A DNA stretch of 64,000 nt, from contig NW_024704742.1 of NCBI RefSeq assembly GCF_018977255.1, positions 112,656,001-112,720,000 on the forward strand, given 5' to 3'. The notes beneath the pieces are model-generated. The model worked only from the letters and a program-made list of their open reading frames with translations. It was not told where the DNA came from and did no database searches. Source of the stretch: Callorhinchus milii (lineage: Eukaryota). Position numbers and translations under genes: made by a program. This document shows, one piece after another, positions 13,668-27,012 of the stretch; position 1 is the stretch's first letter; each line of letters begins with the position of its first letter.

Positions 13668-14313
13668 TGGAGTCCTGTAGCATAATAATAATAATAATAA
13701 TAATAATCCTTGCATTTGATATAGCGCTTTTCACGTTGGGAGGATGTCCCAAAGCGCTTCACAGAACACACTGTAAAGTGAATTGACTGTATATTTGTGG
13801 GCGAACGCGGCAGCCAATTGCGCACAGCAATGTCCCACAAACAGTCGTAGATTGAAAATGACCAATTTATTATTGTTTTGTTTTTTGGAGGGATTATTAT
13901 TAGGCGTGTGGAGTAAGTAAACTCGCCCAAGGTTTCGCCCTGCCTGGATTTGAACTCAACTCACTTGCAAAGCGAGTGCTCTAACTACTGAGCTACAGGA
14001 CTCCAAAGCATAGTGGTTAGCTCGCTTGCTTCGGACTTGAGTTTGATTCCCAGGAGGCACGAAGGCTTAGGCAAGTTGTTAGGTGATTGGCAGATCACTT
14101 TCTGGGGGTAATAAACCCTCCAAAATACAAAACAAAATTTGGTTGCTCAATCCACAATGCTTGTGGGTCACTGCTGTGCGCAATCAGCTGCCGCATTTCC
14201 CCCACAAAACACACAGTCAATTCACTTTAGAATATATTCTTTGAAGCGCTTTGAGACGTCTCAATGATGTCATGAAACACTATATTAAATGGAAGGATTA
14301 TCTTTATTATTAT
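13668..14313 (+). mobile_element. Older SINE family A copy split by the 13683-14004 insertion
   Basis: Head TGGAGTCCTGTAGCA at 13668 resumes as AGCATAGTGGTTAG at ~14007; body and (TTA)n tail run to ~14313. Confidence 0.85.
13683..14004 (-). mobile_element. tRNA/CORE SINE family A (short form), nested in an older opposite-strand copy
   Basis: Head GGAGTCCTGTAGCTCAGT on minus, CCTTGGGCGAGT CORE-like block, (TTA)n tail. Confidence 0.92.
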
Positions 14314-14774
14314 TGGTCACTAGCAGATTATTGTGTAGTTCCCCATCAAAAATGCGCTGAAAACATACATGTGTAGGATATTGCTTAAGGTGGTATCTGC
14401 ATCACAATTTCTGACTCACTTCAATTTATAGCCTTAAACAGATGGCTGTTTTAAGTCTCTGAATGCTGTTAAACAATTTACTTGATATTGGTTATTTTGT
14501 TATTGTTCTATTTATTGTGTAACTGAATGGGAGAATAACTGATTTTCTGCAGCTTTAGATACTCTAATGCACCTTTTGCAATCTTGTCTCTTGTTGAACA
14601 TCTGTGTGATTTATGAAAGCAATTCAGTAACAATGCATATGTCAAAAGTTGTTTATACAGAAGGAGCATATTATAGACCTTATATTGGGGTCCTGCTGCA
14701 TCATTTGGATTGCTTTTGTTGTTAAATCTGTACGTTGTATTTCCATCATGGAAACACTATCAGCACAATAACTT

Positions 14775-15200
14775 AATAATAATCACTGCATTTGATACAA
14801 CACTTTAATCCTTGCATTTGATATAGTGCTTTTATCATGTCATCAAAATGTTTCAAAACGTTTCACAGGATTTTTATCATAAAGTATAGTGATTGTATAT
14901 TTTGTACAAAAATGCAGCAGCCAATTTTGTGCACATCAACATCCCACAAGCAGCCATGAAGTCAATGGCCAATTTTATATGGAGAATTGTTGGCCATGTC
15001 ACTGGGAGAAAGTCTTACATTACACCTAAACATGCAGACAGTACCTCAGTTTAATGTCTCTTCTGAAATATGACACCTCCAGCAATGCAGCGCTCCTCCA
15101 GCACTACAATGGAGTGGCAACTATATCCCAAAGTGGGGCTTGAATCCACAACCTTCTGACTCAGAGGCTAGAGTATTAGCATTTGAGCCAAGCTGACATC
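14775..15200 (-). mobile_element. Deu-domain SINE
   Basis: Minus head ..GCCTCTGAGTCAGAAGGTTGTGGATTCAAGCCCCAC.., Deu core, duplicated tail. Confidence 0.85.
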
Positions 15201-15338
15201 AAACTACAGCGGTATAAAGAGCAGGCACATCATCACTTTCTCAGGGCAATCGGGGATGGACATTAAATGCTGGCCCTGTTGGTATTGCCTATATCCTTGC
15301 CACTGCAAAATAGACAGTCACCACACTTTACAATATAG

Positions 15339-15654
15339 TAATAATGATAATCCTTGCATTTGGTATAGCGCTTTTCACGTCTTCTAGATGTCTCAAAGCG
15401 CTTCACAGAATATACTGTAAAGTGAATTGACTGTATATTTGTGGATGAAACGCGGCAGCCAATTGCGCACAGCAGTGTCTCACAAACAGTCTTGGATTGA
15501 GTGACCAAAGTATTATTTTTTCTTTTTTTTTCTTAAGGGATTATCATCAGGCGTGTGGAGTAAGGAAACTTGCCCAAGGTTTCGCTCTGCTGGGAATGGA
15601 ACCCGGGTCTCTCGCTTGTGAGGCAGGTTCTCTAACCACTGAGCTACAGGACTC
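15339..15654 (-). mobile_element. SINE family A (short form)
   Basis: Full head GAGTCCTGTAGCTCAGTGGTTAGAG, CCTTGGGCAAGT block, L2-like tail. Confidence 0.92.
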
Positions 15655-17384
15655 GTAAACAGGATATAACATATATAATAATCCTTGCATTTGATATAGC
15701 GCTTTTCATGTCTTCTAACCTGTACATATAATCAGTACTGCTTTGAGGTTTCCTCCTGATGTGAAAAACGCTACATATTAAATGTAACAATTATAACTAT
15801 TACCCTGTATATCCTGAGATGAGTTCAGAAAAATATAGGTTGCATTAAGTTCATGGAGCAGAGAGAATCTTTTTGCACAGTTTTGCTTTCACGGCTGATC
15901 CGGACGGCAGCTTTCAAGGTGCACTGTGACTTGCAAAGATGATTGTTACCAATTCCTGAGGAATTATTACATCCAGAAGCAACCTAATCAGCCACAGGTT
16001 ATAAATGACTTCCATTAGATCCATGTTTGCTGGAGAGGTGAGTGATCTAAACTATCAGTCCAATCAGAGAGGCCAGTATTGCAGGCCTATTTAATCTTTT
16101 TTTGGTAATCTGGGATCTACAACCAGAAAATAAATCATTGTAACTTGAGAACAACTGCACTTGTGTGAGCTCCTGTACACGTAGCTAACTTCATGTTGTT
16201 TTCGATGCTTAGGATTCCGCCCCGCAAAGCAAACCAGCAGAATTTTAGGCACCAGGAACATTGGACTACTTAAGAAGAACTTGGAAGCTAAATATAGCAT
16301 TAAGTGCAAAAACCAAGTTATGTTTACAATGCTTTGATTTTGTTTACAACTATTTATACCCCACTGTAGGTTTCTTACCCCCTATCCACACTCCTCCCAG
16401 ACTGATAGGTAAACATGTTAAATCTACATGATTCCATTACAGCAGGAAACATCTGCTGTCCAACTGCAACTCCCTAGAAGCCATCCAAGCTGTTACAATG
16501 CCTGTTACTGTTGGATAAGCAGCATAACATTCCACCTTATACTGAGCTGTGAATTCAGTCTGACACAATGCCCTGCAAACCTTTAAAGTGAAGCAAACCA
16601 AACACCTCCAAGGTTTACTTCCTCAGTAGCTGGAGAGCATGTCTGGAGATAGCTTCACGCACCACCCTTACAAAGCAAGTACCCTGTACAGCAAACATTT
16701 AAAAGAAATGAAATTAGTTATAAATGTGATTATCCACGGCTGAACAGCATTCAACTAAATTATATGTTTGTTAAGCGGCACCTCTTTATAACTATTACTT
16801 GCAATTTGAATGTGTGATTATTATTTGTCATCTTTTAATTGGAACATCAAACAGATTCTAGTAAAACAATTTATTTTTAGAGAAACCTAGTGATTTGGCT
16901 TAACTGTCTTCATCGAGAATACAAAGCTATCAGGTTGCAGTCTGTGAGCATTTTGTCAATGACACAATACTGAAGATCACCGTAGAGAAACAAGACTTTG
17001 GTTTTCATGCCCTTGTCACAGATCAACACTTCAAAGGAGCCAATCTATTCATTGGAAAGTAGCCAGCAAAATGGCTTCTGGTTTCAAAATGAATCATTGC
17101 ATGACACACACACAACGTCAGCATGATTAAACTGAAACAACACATCCTATGGCTCTGCTTTCTCTCCCCACAAAGATTTACTGATACCTTTTTTTCAGAA
17201 GGCAGTAGGATGTAATTTGGAATTTTTTAAAGGAATTCTTTAGAGGGAATTCTATTAGAATTCTTGTCATCCTGTTGAACTGTGCTCCAAAGGTTGATCA
17301 GGTAAGGAATAGAGTCCTTGTCAGCTGATAATTTCCAGTTACTAAAAGGAAAGACTGCGATGTGAATACCTTATTAAGGTAACT

Positions 17385-17560
17385 TTTTGCACACAGCAAT
17401 ATGCCACACTTTGAAGTGAACAGCCAATTTTATCCGGGGTATTGTTGACCAGGACATTGGGAAAAACTCCCTTCCCTTTTTGAATACTGTCATGGGATCT
17501 TTAATGACCACATGCCAGGCAGACAGGACCTCAGTTTAACATCTCATCTGTAGGATGGTA
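17385..17560 (-). mobile_element. Deu-domain SINE internal fragment
   Basis: CATGGGATCTTTAATG..CAGGCAGACAGGACCTCAGTTTAACATCTCATC matches the other Deu copies. Confidence 0.75.
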
Positions 17561-19899
17561 TATATTGTACTTAGTTTTCTAGGAAATGTATCAGAACTGA
17601 TTGCTTCTTTGGTATTTCAATAAATCTTCACTGAAAGTTGTGGAATGTCTGTGTTTCAAAACTAATCAAACTTTTTTTTCTCTTACATAGTAAAAGGGTC
17701 TAATCTGCAATATTCTCAAACCAGATTTGTTGCATTAATTACTGATCACTGATCACTTTTTGGACTTTGACTTTGGAGTCATATTGAATGCAATTTGTCT
17801 GTTCACCTTAGACCCCAGTGGGGTTGGGGTTTAAAACACTTGAACAGTAGAAACTGGCAGAAAAAGTTTCGCACAATTTAAGTTCCATTTCCTGCAAGAA
17901 AACCTTTATATATCACATTAGCCCACAAAATAAACAATAAATTTACTTTACAGTTTATTCTGTGAACTCATTGAGATGTCTCGACGATGTGATAAGGCGC
18001 TATATCAAATGCAAAGATTATTAGGATAATTATAAGCCCATACAACCATAAACATTTATGCACAGAAGGAGGCATTGTATGGTATTTGTATGGACTCCAA
18101 AAAAGCTATTTGTCTAGTCCTATTCTCCTGTATTTTACCCATACACTTTTTGATTCTTCAAGATAAAATTACGCGGATCTGCCTCTTTGACTGCGCTTTC
18201 AATCATCTTTCCCCTCTCCATTTCCACCTCCGTGCCCTTAGTTAGATCCCACCTCCAGCTTAGGTGTCCAGTCAATACTGTTACATTCTTTGGAATGTCA
18301 TCCCGATGTGAATGGTGCTAAACAAATGTAAGTTTGTACTGCATATACACGCCTCTCAATTCGCTTCTCCCTTATGTATTTATCTAATTTTGTCTTAAAA
18401 GCTAATACGTATTCTGCCTCAACCACAGTTCAAGGTATGCAAGACCTTAGCTCTGATCCAAGGTCTCCACTGGAGCCAAAGTCTCACAAGTTGTCATGAC
18501 ATGAAGGCAGTTCCCTACAGAAAACTCAGTTTATATCATGAGGTGCTTTTTCTGGCAGGATTGCCATTCAAGTGCTATTTCAACCCCATGTCAGCATCAA
18601 GCATTCTCAATACTGAACTGCTGCCTGATTTATTATTTCTGTGCCAGTGCGACCATCAAAGCTATGACTAGCTGGAGGCTGGATCCTAGCCTAATCTTGT
18701 TTCTTCACCCTTTTACACCAAACAGACTGACTTTCTGTCCTTACTCAAGGAAGACGTCAACATTAAATTCCATCGGCAGTAAGCAAAGCCAAAGAAAATA
18801 AATGTTATTTTTTTTCAAAATGGCTCCAATATGGCATTGAACGATATGTACTAGGAAAATTGCAGATTTCATCCCTATTCTGTGCTGATTTAGCAGGCTT
18901 CTGCCAGGGCATACATATTTGTTTCATCCTCACTTCTGATTGCTGTCTGCTTCATTTTAACAGCCTTTGTTGGAAGTGGACTTGTGGATGTGCCAATGAA
19001 GGACAAGTAGTGTTAGTGATCCTTCTGCTGAAAAGGAGTTCATATCAGCTCAGTTCACACACAGCCTGGGGATAAAATGATAAACTACAAACAAGAGGGG
19101 ATTGATACATGTCCCGTAGTGGAATCTAGATCTCCTTCAATGAGGAACACCAGAAAATAGTGAAGCTGTTTACACACAGCAGTGTTTCCAGGAATATTTT
19201 CAAACATCCTGACTGATTCTGGTCATAGCACTGAAGAGCTTCCAGAAAGATCTCTGCCACTAATGGCTACTGTACAGCCTCTTAAACCCATATAAATATG
19301 AACATTTTCTACACAGAATTTGGCCTTTTGACCCATCATATCTGTACCACATCTTTGTTTTTGGTTAGATAAGTGTCTGACACACCTGGGGTGGGATTCC
19401 CTTTAGCCATGGTGTATATATTATGCATGGCCTACTCTCCTCTTGGGTTTCTCAATTAAGAAATATTGCAAAATTCATCCAATATGTGAACTGAAACATT
19501 TTTAATAATTGATTACTGTAAATGTTAGACATGAAGTACTTTCTCAATCCTGGTGAGAAGTGAAGTCCTCCTTGTGAAGTCTCCCCATGACTGAAGCTCC
19601 TGGTCTCAGAGAAATAAGATTAGCACATAAACAGGACATCAATCCAATCTCTGAAAAGTTTCTAGAGTGAAAAAAGACCTGGAGACCGAGCAATTACAAG
19701 AGCAAAGAATTTTCAGTTTAAACTGGATTGCGCCTATCTTGTGGAGCAGTCCTGACTTACAACACTGCAGGGCTATTATCTCAGCTTGATTGAATAAAAA
19801 ATGTCCGACCTTTAAGATTTAAAAAACAAGTGGCTTTGAGAGGAGGGAAATACTAGAAAGATGAATGATATTGTTACCTACAACTACACCTCCCTCTAT

Positions 19900-20232
19900 T
19901 GGTTAGAGCACTCACCTCACAATTGAGATGACCTGGGTTCAATTCCTGGGCAGGGTGAAATGTTAGACAAGTTTCCTTACTCCACACACCTCTTTTACCA
20001 AGCAGTAAATAGGAACATGGTTGTTAGTCGATTGGCGGATCGCTTTTCCAGGGAGGATAATAATAATTTGGTCACTCAATCCAAGTCTGTGTGTGGGACA
20101 CTGGTTTGTCTGCCACATTTTGCCCACACAATATGCAGTCAATTCATTTTACAATATATTCTGTGAAGCTCTTTGAGACATCTCAAAGACTTGAAAAGGC
20201 GCATCATCAAATGTAAGGATTATTATTATTAT
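19900..20232 (+). mobile_element. SINE family A (long form)
   Basis: B-box GGTTCAATTCC, CORE-like segment, GTTGTTAGTCGATTGGCGGATC block, (TTA)n tail. Confidence 0.88.
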
Positions 20233-21074
20233 ACTAACCATTAGAACTTGATTTCTTTCCTCTGCTCATGGACAAAACTAAACAGTCAGTCTCAACAGGC
20301 CTGGAGATTCAGTGATAAGTAAATAATTTATTGATAGTACGAATTAAAGTTCTATATTATCTCACTACCTTTTTATTGGCTTTTGTAACATCCTGTCATT
20401 TTACCACTTAATAGCAGTTCAAGAGGGGCAGAAGCAATAACAGGGACAGTGTGTTCCAGAAGGAACAAACTCAGTGATGAGGTACTCTAAGCCTACACTG
20501 CTCAATAAGGCAGTCACAGTCCAATTTAAACAGACACATCTTTGTTCTTATTTTATCCCTGTAGCTGTGAAAATATTTCTGCAGCTTAGTCACTCTAGAC
20601 TGTTTTTCTTCAGACTCTCTCTGCATCTTCAAACCTTTAACTTTCCGTAATAGTTTCACTGGGAAGTTGTTCTCTGACAGTTGATAAATTCCCTGACCTT
20701 TGGCTTGTGTGCACTTATAATAGGATTTCCTCCCAAAGCACGCACTGCCAAAGATAGATACCCTTACAGAGTTTAATACCCGTTCACCACCAAAGGTCAG
20801 CAAATATACTGACAAAATGGAGAATAATCCCTCTGAGACCTAAATCCAATGGTCATCATCCATCCTTGCAAATTACACATACAATTAGAAGCTTCCTCCC
20901 GAAAAATAACTGTCAACTTTACTGTCAAATTTACTGTCAACTGGCGCATCATACTTCCTATTGCACTAACTTCATTATCAGCCCACCATTACTAAATTTA
21001 GATTTAAATTTGTTATACTGCTTTGAAGCGTGGTGTTGTGTCTAACAGTTTAACATTAACTCTGCTAATTAATC

Positions 21075-21210
21075 AGAGAACATAGGGACAGGAGTTGACC
21101 ATTCAAACTATCGAGCCTTTTCTGCCATTTAATTTGATGGCGGCAAATCTTTCAACTCCATTTCCCTGCCTTTTCTTCAGACTTTTTAATGTCCTCACTT
21201 CTAAGCAGCT
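21075..21210 (-). mobile_element. CR1 3' tail fragment
   Basis: AGAACATAGGGACAGGAGTTGACCATTC..CGAGCCT..CTGCCATT; similar block at ~39092-39160. Confidence 0.6.
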
Positions 21211-21582
21211 TAATTTTTAGCATAGTGAAAATAAGATGGACAGGCTTTCACAGAACAAACAGAACAGGTGTTGCAGACTCTGAAATAACAGTTGAAATTG
21301 AATGACTTATCTTCTTCTATGAAGAACAGATCTTGGTAGTACAGAGTTAAAATGCGCTTACTCTGTGGGCAGTTAATTGTTGGGACTCAAGCAGGGGCTG
21401 ATTCTTACATTTTCTAATGGTCCGTACAGTACATTTTACCCATTCTCAGTGATTTGTTACATTCAGGTAAAGGGACTCAATTAAGGGAAAAACTGATACC
21501 TTGTTTGTCTTGATGGCGGCAAATCTTTCAACTCCATTTCCCTGCCTTTTCTTCAGACTTTTTAATGTCCTCACTTCTAAGC
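21134..21582 (+). repeat. Perfect 73-bp direct repeat (21134-21206 and 21510-21582)
   Basis: TTGATGGCGGCAAATCTTTCAACTCC...CTCACTTCTAAGC reads identically at both positions. Confidence 0.95.
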
Positions 21583-22149
21583 CTGCATCTGAAAAGTTAT
21601 GGAGATTAGGATCTGAAATGGAGAATCACAACATGCTGAAGAAAAACATATATATGACCATAATTTCGGACTTTTACAGCCCGTTCTGTCAGCATATGAA
21701 GGTCTGATGATAGAGTAGAGTTTGTTGGATTTCACAATGTGTTAATGTTTTGGGATTTGCCCCACTGTATGAAAGACATTATATCAAATGCGTGCATTAT
21801 TATTATTATAAGCACAAGGAACAACACAAATTTCATTCTTAACCTTACGCAGGTTATAAGTGATCAGTCAATCAGCCCAGCTCAGCGCTGTGCCTCCATA
21901 CCGCCAGGTCTCATGTCTGTCATTTTGGAAATTCCTGCTCCCTGCAATCTGCCATTATTCAGGCTAACAGGGAAAACAATATTACAGGAAGCCAACCTTT
22001 TCAATTGGTTTCCCTATGATATGCCACATTTAGATACAGTAACCCGTTGCTGCAGAGGGGCTGGGGTTAATTTACATGGGCTTTTCTCCTTCATAGTCTA
22101 TTATTCTTTAGAGTTTTGCTACACATCCCAAAAAATTCAAGCAAAAATC

Positions 22150-22420
22150 AAACCCCACATCAGGACTTTGGGACATTGAGTTTATTGTCTGGGCTGACAC
22201 TCCAGTGCAATATTTGAGAGTGCTGCATTGTTGAAGGTGCTGTCCTTTAGATGCAACATTGAACTGAGGCCCATCTGCCAGTTCCGGTGGACTTTAAATG
22301 CTACATGGCTCTATTTGAAAAGAGAAGGAAGTTTCTCCATGTCTCCCAGATAAAAACCACGAGGATAAAATTGGTCTTTTACGTTATGGTTGTTTGTGCA
22401 ACATTTCTGTGTGCAAATTA
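22150..22420 (+). mobile_element. Deu-domain SINE, 3' end cut off by the adjacent SINE A
   Basis: GGCTGACACTCCAGTGCA..GTGCTGCATTGTTGAAGGTGCTGTCCTTTAGATG Deu core. Confidence 0.85.
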
Positions 22421-22670
22421 TAATAATAATAATAATCCTTGCATTCGATATAGTCCTTTTCACATCTTCTAGACATCTCAAAGCGCTTCACAGAATATAC
22501 TGTAAAGTAAATTGACTGTATATTTGTGGGTGAAATGAGGCAGACAATTGCACACAGCAGTGTCCCACAAACAGTCATGGTTTAAAGTGACCAATTTACT
22601 ATTTTCTTTTCTTGCGGGATTATTATCAGGAGTAAGGAAACTTACCCAAGGTTTCACCCTGCTTGGAATT
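22420..22670 (-). mobile_element. SINE family A, head truncated
   Basis: (TAA)n tail, family A body and GGAAACTTACCCAAGG block. Confidence 0.88.
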
Positions 22671-24189
22671 GGCTTCTGTATTGGCCAAAAACAGCCACAA
22701 AACAGTCAAAACTGTGCTTCATCAAATGCAGGGACTATTTTTTTAGCCTTCAAGGGGATATTATTAAATGTCACTAAAGAAGTGTTTTTCTTACGTGCTA
22801 AACTACCTGTGTCTGGAACTTGGAAATCAGGAGGAGGTTTTCAATGAATACTTGCATTGAAGAGCCAACTCAGACTTTGTGCTGCACATCATTCCACTGC
22901 TGGAAGTGAAGTTGGTTTGATGCCAGCGGTATAAATGTAGCACCATATAGCCGCAAGCCTTTCTACATCTATTAATCACTTGGCAGCAAACTGAAAACAG
23001 AATTGCAACCAGCCCACACCTTTCATTACTGGCATCTGTGGTACCATCTGTATCTGCCTTTAATTGTTTTTCGAAATATTATCCACGACTGTTTTTGAGC
23101 TGAAACAGACAAAGAAACGCCTGGAGGCAGTGAGACTTGATATATATGGGGAGAGAGACTCCTAACATGTACAGGATAAAGATCTATGCAATCCCATGCT
23201 TTCTGTTATTTTACATAATACATGAAACACTGTGTCCATACATATAATATATCTGTAAATATATTTAACTCTTAAATCCTACATTAATTTATAATAACTT
23301 AGGATACTGTTCATGTCACACAAAAAACGCTCAAATAATTGAAGCATCTACTAACTGCTATATTCTCAGGCTCTGAAAACCCAAATGTCAGTTCTCCATA
23401 TCCCTCTTGTGAAATCAATACAGCTCATGAGTATATTTAGCAGAACACTATTCCCACAATGTCTAATAAAATGTTTGTGTCAAGGCATTTGAAGATACAA
23501 AGCAGGTTTATGCAGGCATGAAATTAAACATTAATAAATCAAAACAGAGACCAAAGAGATGGTGGCTTGTAGGTTCTCAGACCAGAGGCCTAATCCTGGG
23601 CATTGTGACTGTCTCTCATGCTGATTCTCAGATTGTAAATTAAGCCAAATGTGTGGATTAGTGAAATACTCTGATACAAAACCCAAACAACTATATTTGT
23701 GATAACCTGGGACACAAACGGTCTGTGGAAAGCTGAGTGTGAGCCATGAAATTTGACAAAATTGCTCAGGTGTTCTTGAATTGAAATTGCTGGGTGAGTG
23801 GCTGTGACTGCCAATGAGGCACATTTTCAAGCCCACTTCCTTCTTACTTTGTGAGCAAGTGCAGTCCCAGGAGAAAGATTTATCAACATAATAACATTTT
23901 GGCAGAACAGAGGTGAATTTTTCTCCCTTTCCTCCAGAACTACAGTGAATTGTGAATCAGTGGAGTTGATTTATTAATGATTTGTTTTTCTAACACTGGA
24001 AATGTGATGCACTGGTTCTAGAACTGGTATGTGATGTATTGCTTCCAGCAGAGATACCATTCCAAAAAAGAGCATCAAAGAATCATTTTTAAAAATGGCT
24101 ATTTGCTTTCAGTTTGATTTTTGCAGCATTTATTTTGTGTGACTTATGTAACTTTTTCCTTCCCTCGCTTTTACATTAGGTACTATTTT

Positions 24190-24576
24190 TATAATAACAA
24201 TAATGATTCTTGCATTTGATATAGTATCTCATGAAATCATTCATTGAGAAGTCTCAAAGTGCTTCGCAAAATATACTGTAAAGTGATGTGACTGGATATA
24301 TTATGTGGGCGAACGTGGCAGCCAATATGCACAAAGGATTGTTGGAACTCTTTTCAAATAGTGCCATTGGATCTTTAACGTCCACCTGAACAGGTAGACA
24401 AGATCTTGGTTTAACGTTTAATCTGAAAGATGGCATCTCAGACAATACAGTACAGCCTCAGCACCACATTGGAGTATCAGCCTAGATTATATGGGTTCAA
24501 AGACCTGATGTGAGGCTTGAACCTACAACTTTCTGATACAGAGGTGAGAGTGTTACCAACTGAGCAAGGCTGACAC
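24190..24576 (-). mobile_element. Deu-domain SINE
   Basis: Minus head GTCAGCCTTGCTCAGTTGGTAACACTCTCACCTCTG, Deu core, tail. Confidence 0.85.
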
Positions 24577-25149
24577 ACAATTTTTCTTTAGTAAGTGCAA
24601 GAAAACCATAGAAGCTGCACGTCGGTTGTAGCTGGTTAAACTCTAGCAATACCCCAGTCCATATTCTGAGGTCCCCTTGTCTTGGTTCTGGTGAACCTGC
24701 ACCTAAACTTTATGGGATTAGGTAAACAGGAGGATCCCTCTGGGGAGATGATGTGCATTCTCTACCAGATGAATGGCAACCATAATTAGTTTGGTTGGAA
24801 ACTCATGCCTTGCAATGGATTTACATGCGTCAAATATCTGGCCGATATAAAGAGAGAGAATACATCATTCAGTACATTTTGGAGTTGAGACTACACTATT
24901 CTCAAACTTAAAGTCCCTGCTCTAATAGTTCTGATGTGCTGAAATTATAGGATTCACAAATCACATCTGGTGTTTTACTTTAGGATGATTTATTGGCTGA
25001 GAAAAGACTGGAAATGTCCGACAGAAATTCACAAAGCCAAACACTGCTGGTCTTCAGTACCTTGATTTACTTCTCTTTGTTAGTAAATTTGATTGCGAAT
25101 GATATAATTTTAAGAGTTTTCCCAAATTGAGGAGGCACTGTGGAAGACA

Positions 25150-25575
25150 GCAACCAGGTTGATCCTCAGTGTTAGAGGAATGAGCTACAAGGAATGTTAG
25201 GTGTGCTAGGGCTCTTCAGCCTTAGAAAGAGAATTCATAGCTACATTATTCTCAGAGGAGACCTCTTAAAACTATATAAGATGCTAAATGGGACAGAGAA
25301 AGTCAATCCTTTTAGGAACACCGAGACAGTAGGTCAAGAGATTAGAGGGTCATGGTTGTGAAGGTCAGTTTTTAGACAGATATCTAGAACTATCTATTTG
25401 TGCAGAGGGTAAACAGCTGGAACTAGTTACCAGAAAGAATGGATAAGACAAAGACAATGGATTCATTTTAGAAATAAGTTGATGCTGTTAATGAGAAGAT
25501 GGTATCATGGAAGGAAGAGTTCAAATGGTCCAAACAGTTTTCTTCACCCAAACCTTAATTGTGATCTTGTGAAGA
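25150..25575 (+). mobile_element. Old CR1 3' fragment
   Basis: Decayed MSYKE.L..LGLFSLRK..LRGDL...YKMLNG CR1 ORF2 C-terminus followed by a 3' UTR. Confidence 0.8.
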
Positions 25576-26874
25576 TATATCAAGGTAATTTTCTAACTAT
25601 TGACTGTTTCGATCTCTGCTTCTCTGCTGATCAGGCTATTTTAGCCTTTCGTTTGTCGACATGTTCTGAGCATACATTCCCTTTACTCTAAGTTTAAAAA
25701 GTAACTTTTAACTCTGGTCGCAATATTATAGGAGATGCCATAAATTGCAAGGTTTGACAACAAAATATTATCTGGCCCTCACTTAATCCATATTTTCATG
25801 CATATGGATATTCTGTTGCACTGTCAGGTGGAAATGACTCAGAAAAATCTTGAACTCAGCAGAAAACCTAGAAGTCCATTCATATCTGTTGATTTTAATT
25901 TCATGCAAACCTGCAATTTATGAAGACTATTTTGTGAAAGATTTGAGAGCTAATGCTTGTTCTAGTGAATCATTTCTGAATGGTAATATGTTTGCAGGCA
26001 GACTTTGAAAAACTACTTTTTCGCAGTAATGCCATGTTTTCAAATCTTACCCGTCTGCAGTTAAAGACAAATTGGCATGCGATCAAAGTGATTGATATGG
26101 TTGCCAATGAGGGTATTCACTTTTCAACCCATGCTGAGAAAGCAAATTCTGCTACAAATAAACAGTGGTGAAGCAAACACCTTACACATCTGTAGTTGTA
26201 AATCATTGACATGGTGCTGACTTTGTTATATGAATCCAATAACCCTATCTTGATTGCCCAAAGTACACTTTTGATCAAATGCAGAGCTACACTATTGGGA
26301 TACCAATGAATACCATTTGTATTCAATGATCATCGCATACTTGGCCAGAAACGTTACTGCTAGTGGTGCAGATTTAAAAAGGTGAAATTATCTATAAATA
26401 GAAATATTAAAGATTATCAAGCTAAGTCAAATGATATTCACAATATGTGTCGATATTTAAAGTATCTTCAGAGTTTGCTAAAAAAAATGCACGTCTCAGA
26501 TTTCCTCAGTGTGAATTTTGTGACATTTCTTAATGGATTTCTCTGCTATTAAATCAATACAAATTGGTGTCATAGGCTTCCTGATTTCTAAATTAAGAAA
26601 TCTTTTAAGAATTATCGCAAAATTAAACTGCATATAAGATTTTAAGAATACTGCGGACAATGTTAAAGAGTAGATTGGATAATGTATATTTTCTTCACTT
26701 AAAAAGAAGCCTAAATCTTATGGGAATGCGAGTTTCTTAGATTTAGAACCAAATAATCAATCTCCGTAGAATTTCTGATTGACTTTTTACATTGAGTTTC
26801 TTATTGGACAATCTCAACACTAATAATTTGGGGGATATTGAGTCTGGAGATAAAAGTGGAAGAGACTACTAATT

Positions 26875-27012
26875 TACGACATTTCTTAAAATAAGGGGGG
26901 GAATTAATATTGTTTCAAAACACATTTGATGTGATGATTATCATATGATTATCACATTAAATGTGTTATGAAAGAATATTAATGTTACCCTATTAATTCA
27001 AGAAATGTTATA
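26875..27012. repeat. Imperfect ~135-bp palindrome (hairpin element)
   Basis: ACATTTCTT..ATTAATATT.TTTCA.AACACATTT.ATGTGAT arms mirror around ATCATATGAT at 26940-26949. Confidence 0.9.

Noticed and set aside
13668..14005. 14-bp inverted repeats as DNA-transposon TIRs
   Set aside because: Explained by two opposite-strand SINE heads after a nested insertion
20471..20815. 114-aa minus ORF in unique DNA (similarly 4760-5068)
   Set aside because: No domain motif or convincing splice structure; ORFs of this length are expected by chance in 64 kb
26051..26133. Minus-strand 83-nt exon candidate with good acceptor and GTAAG donor
   Set aside because: Stop codons in all three frames; a non-coding exon cannot be supported without RNA data
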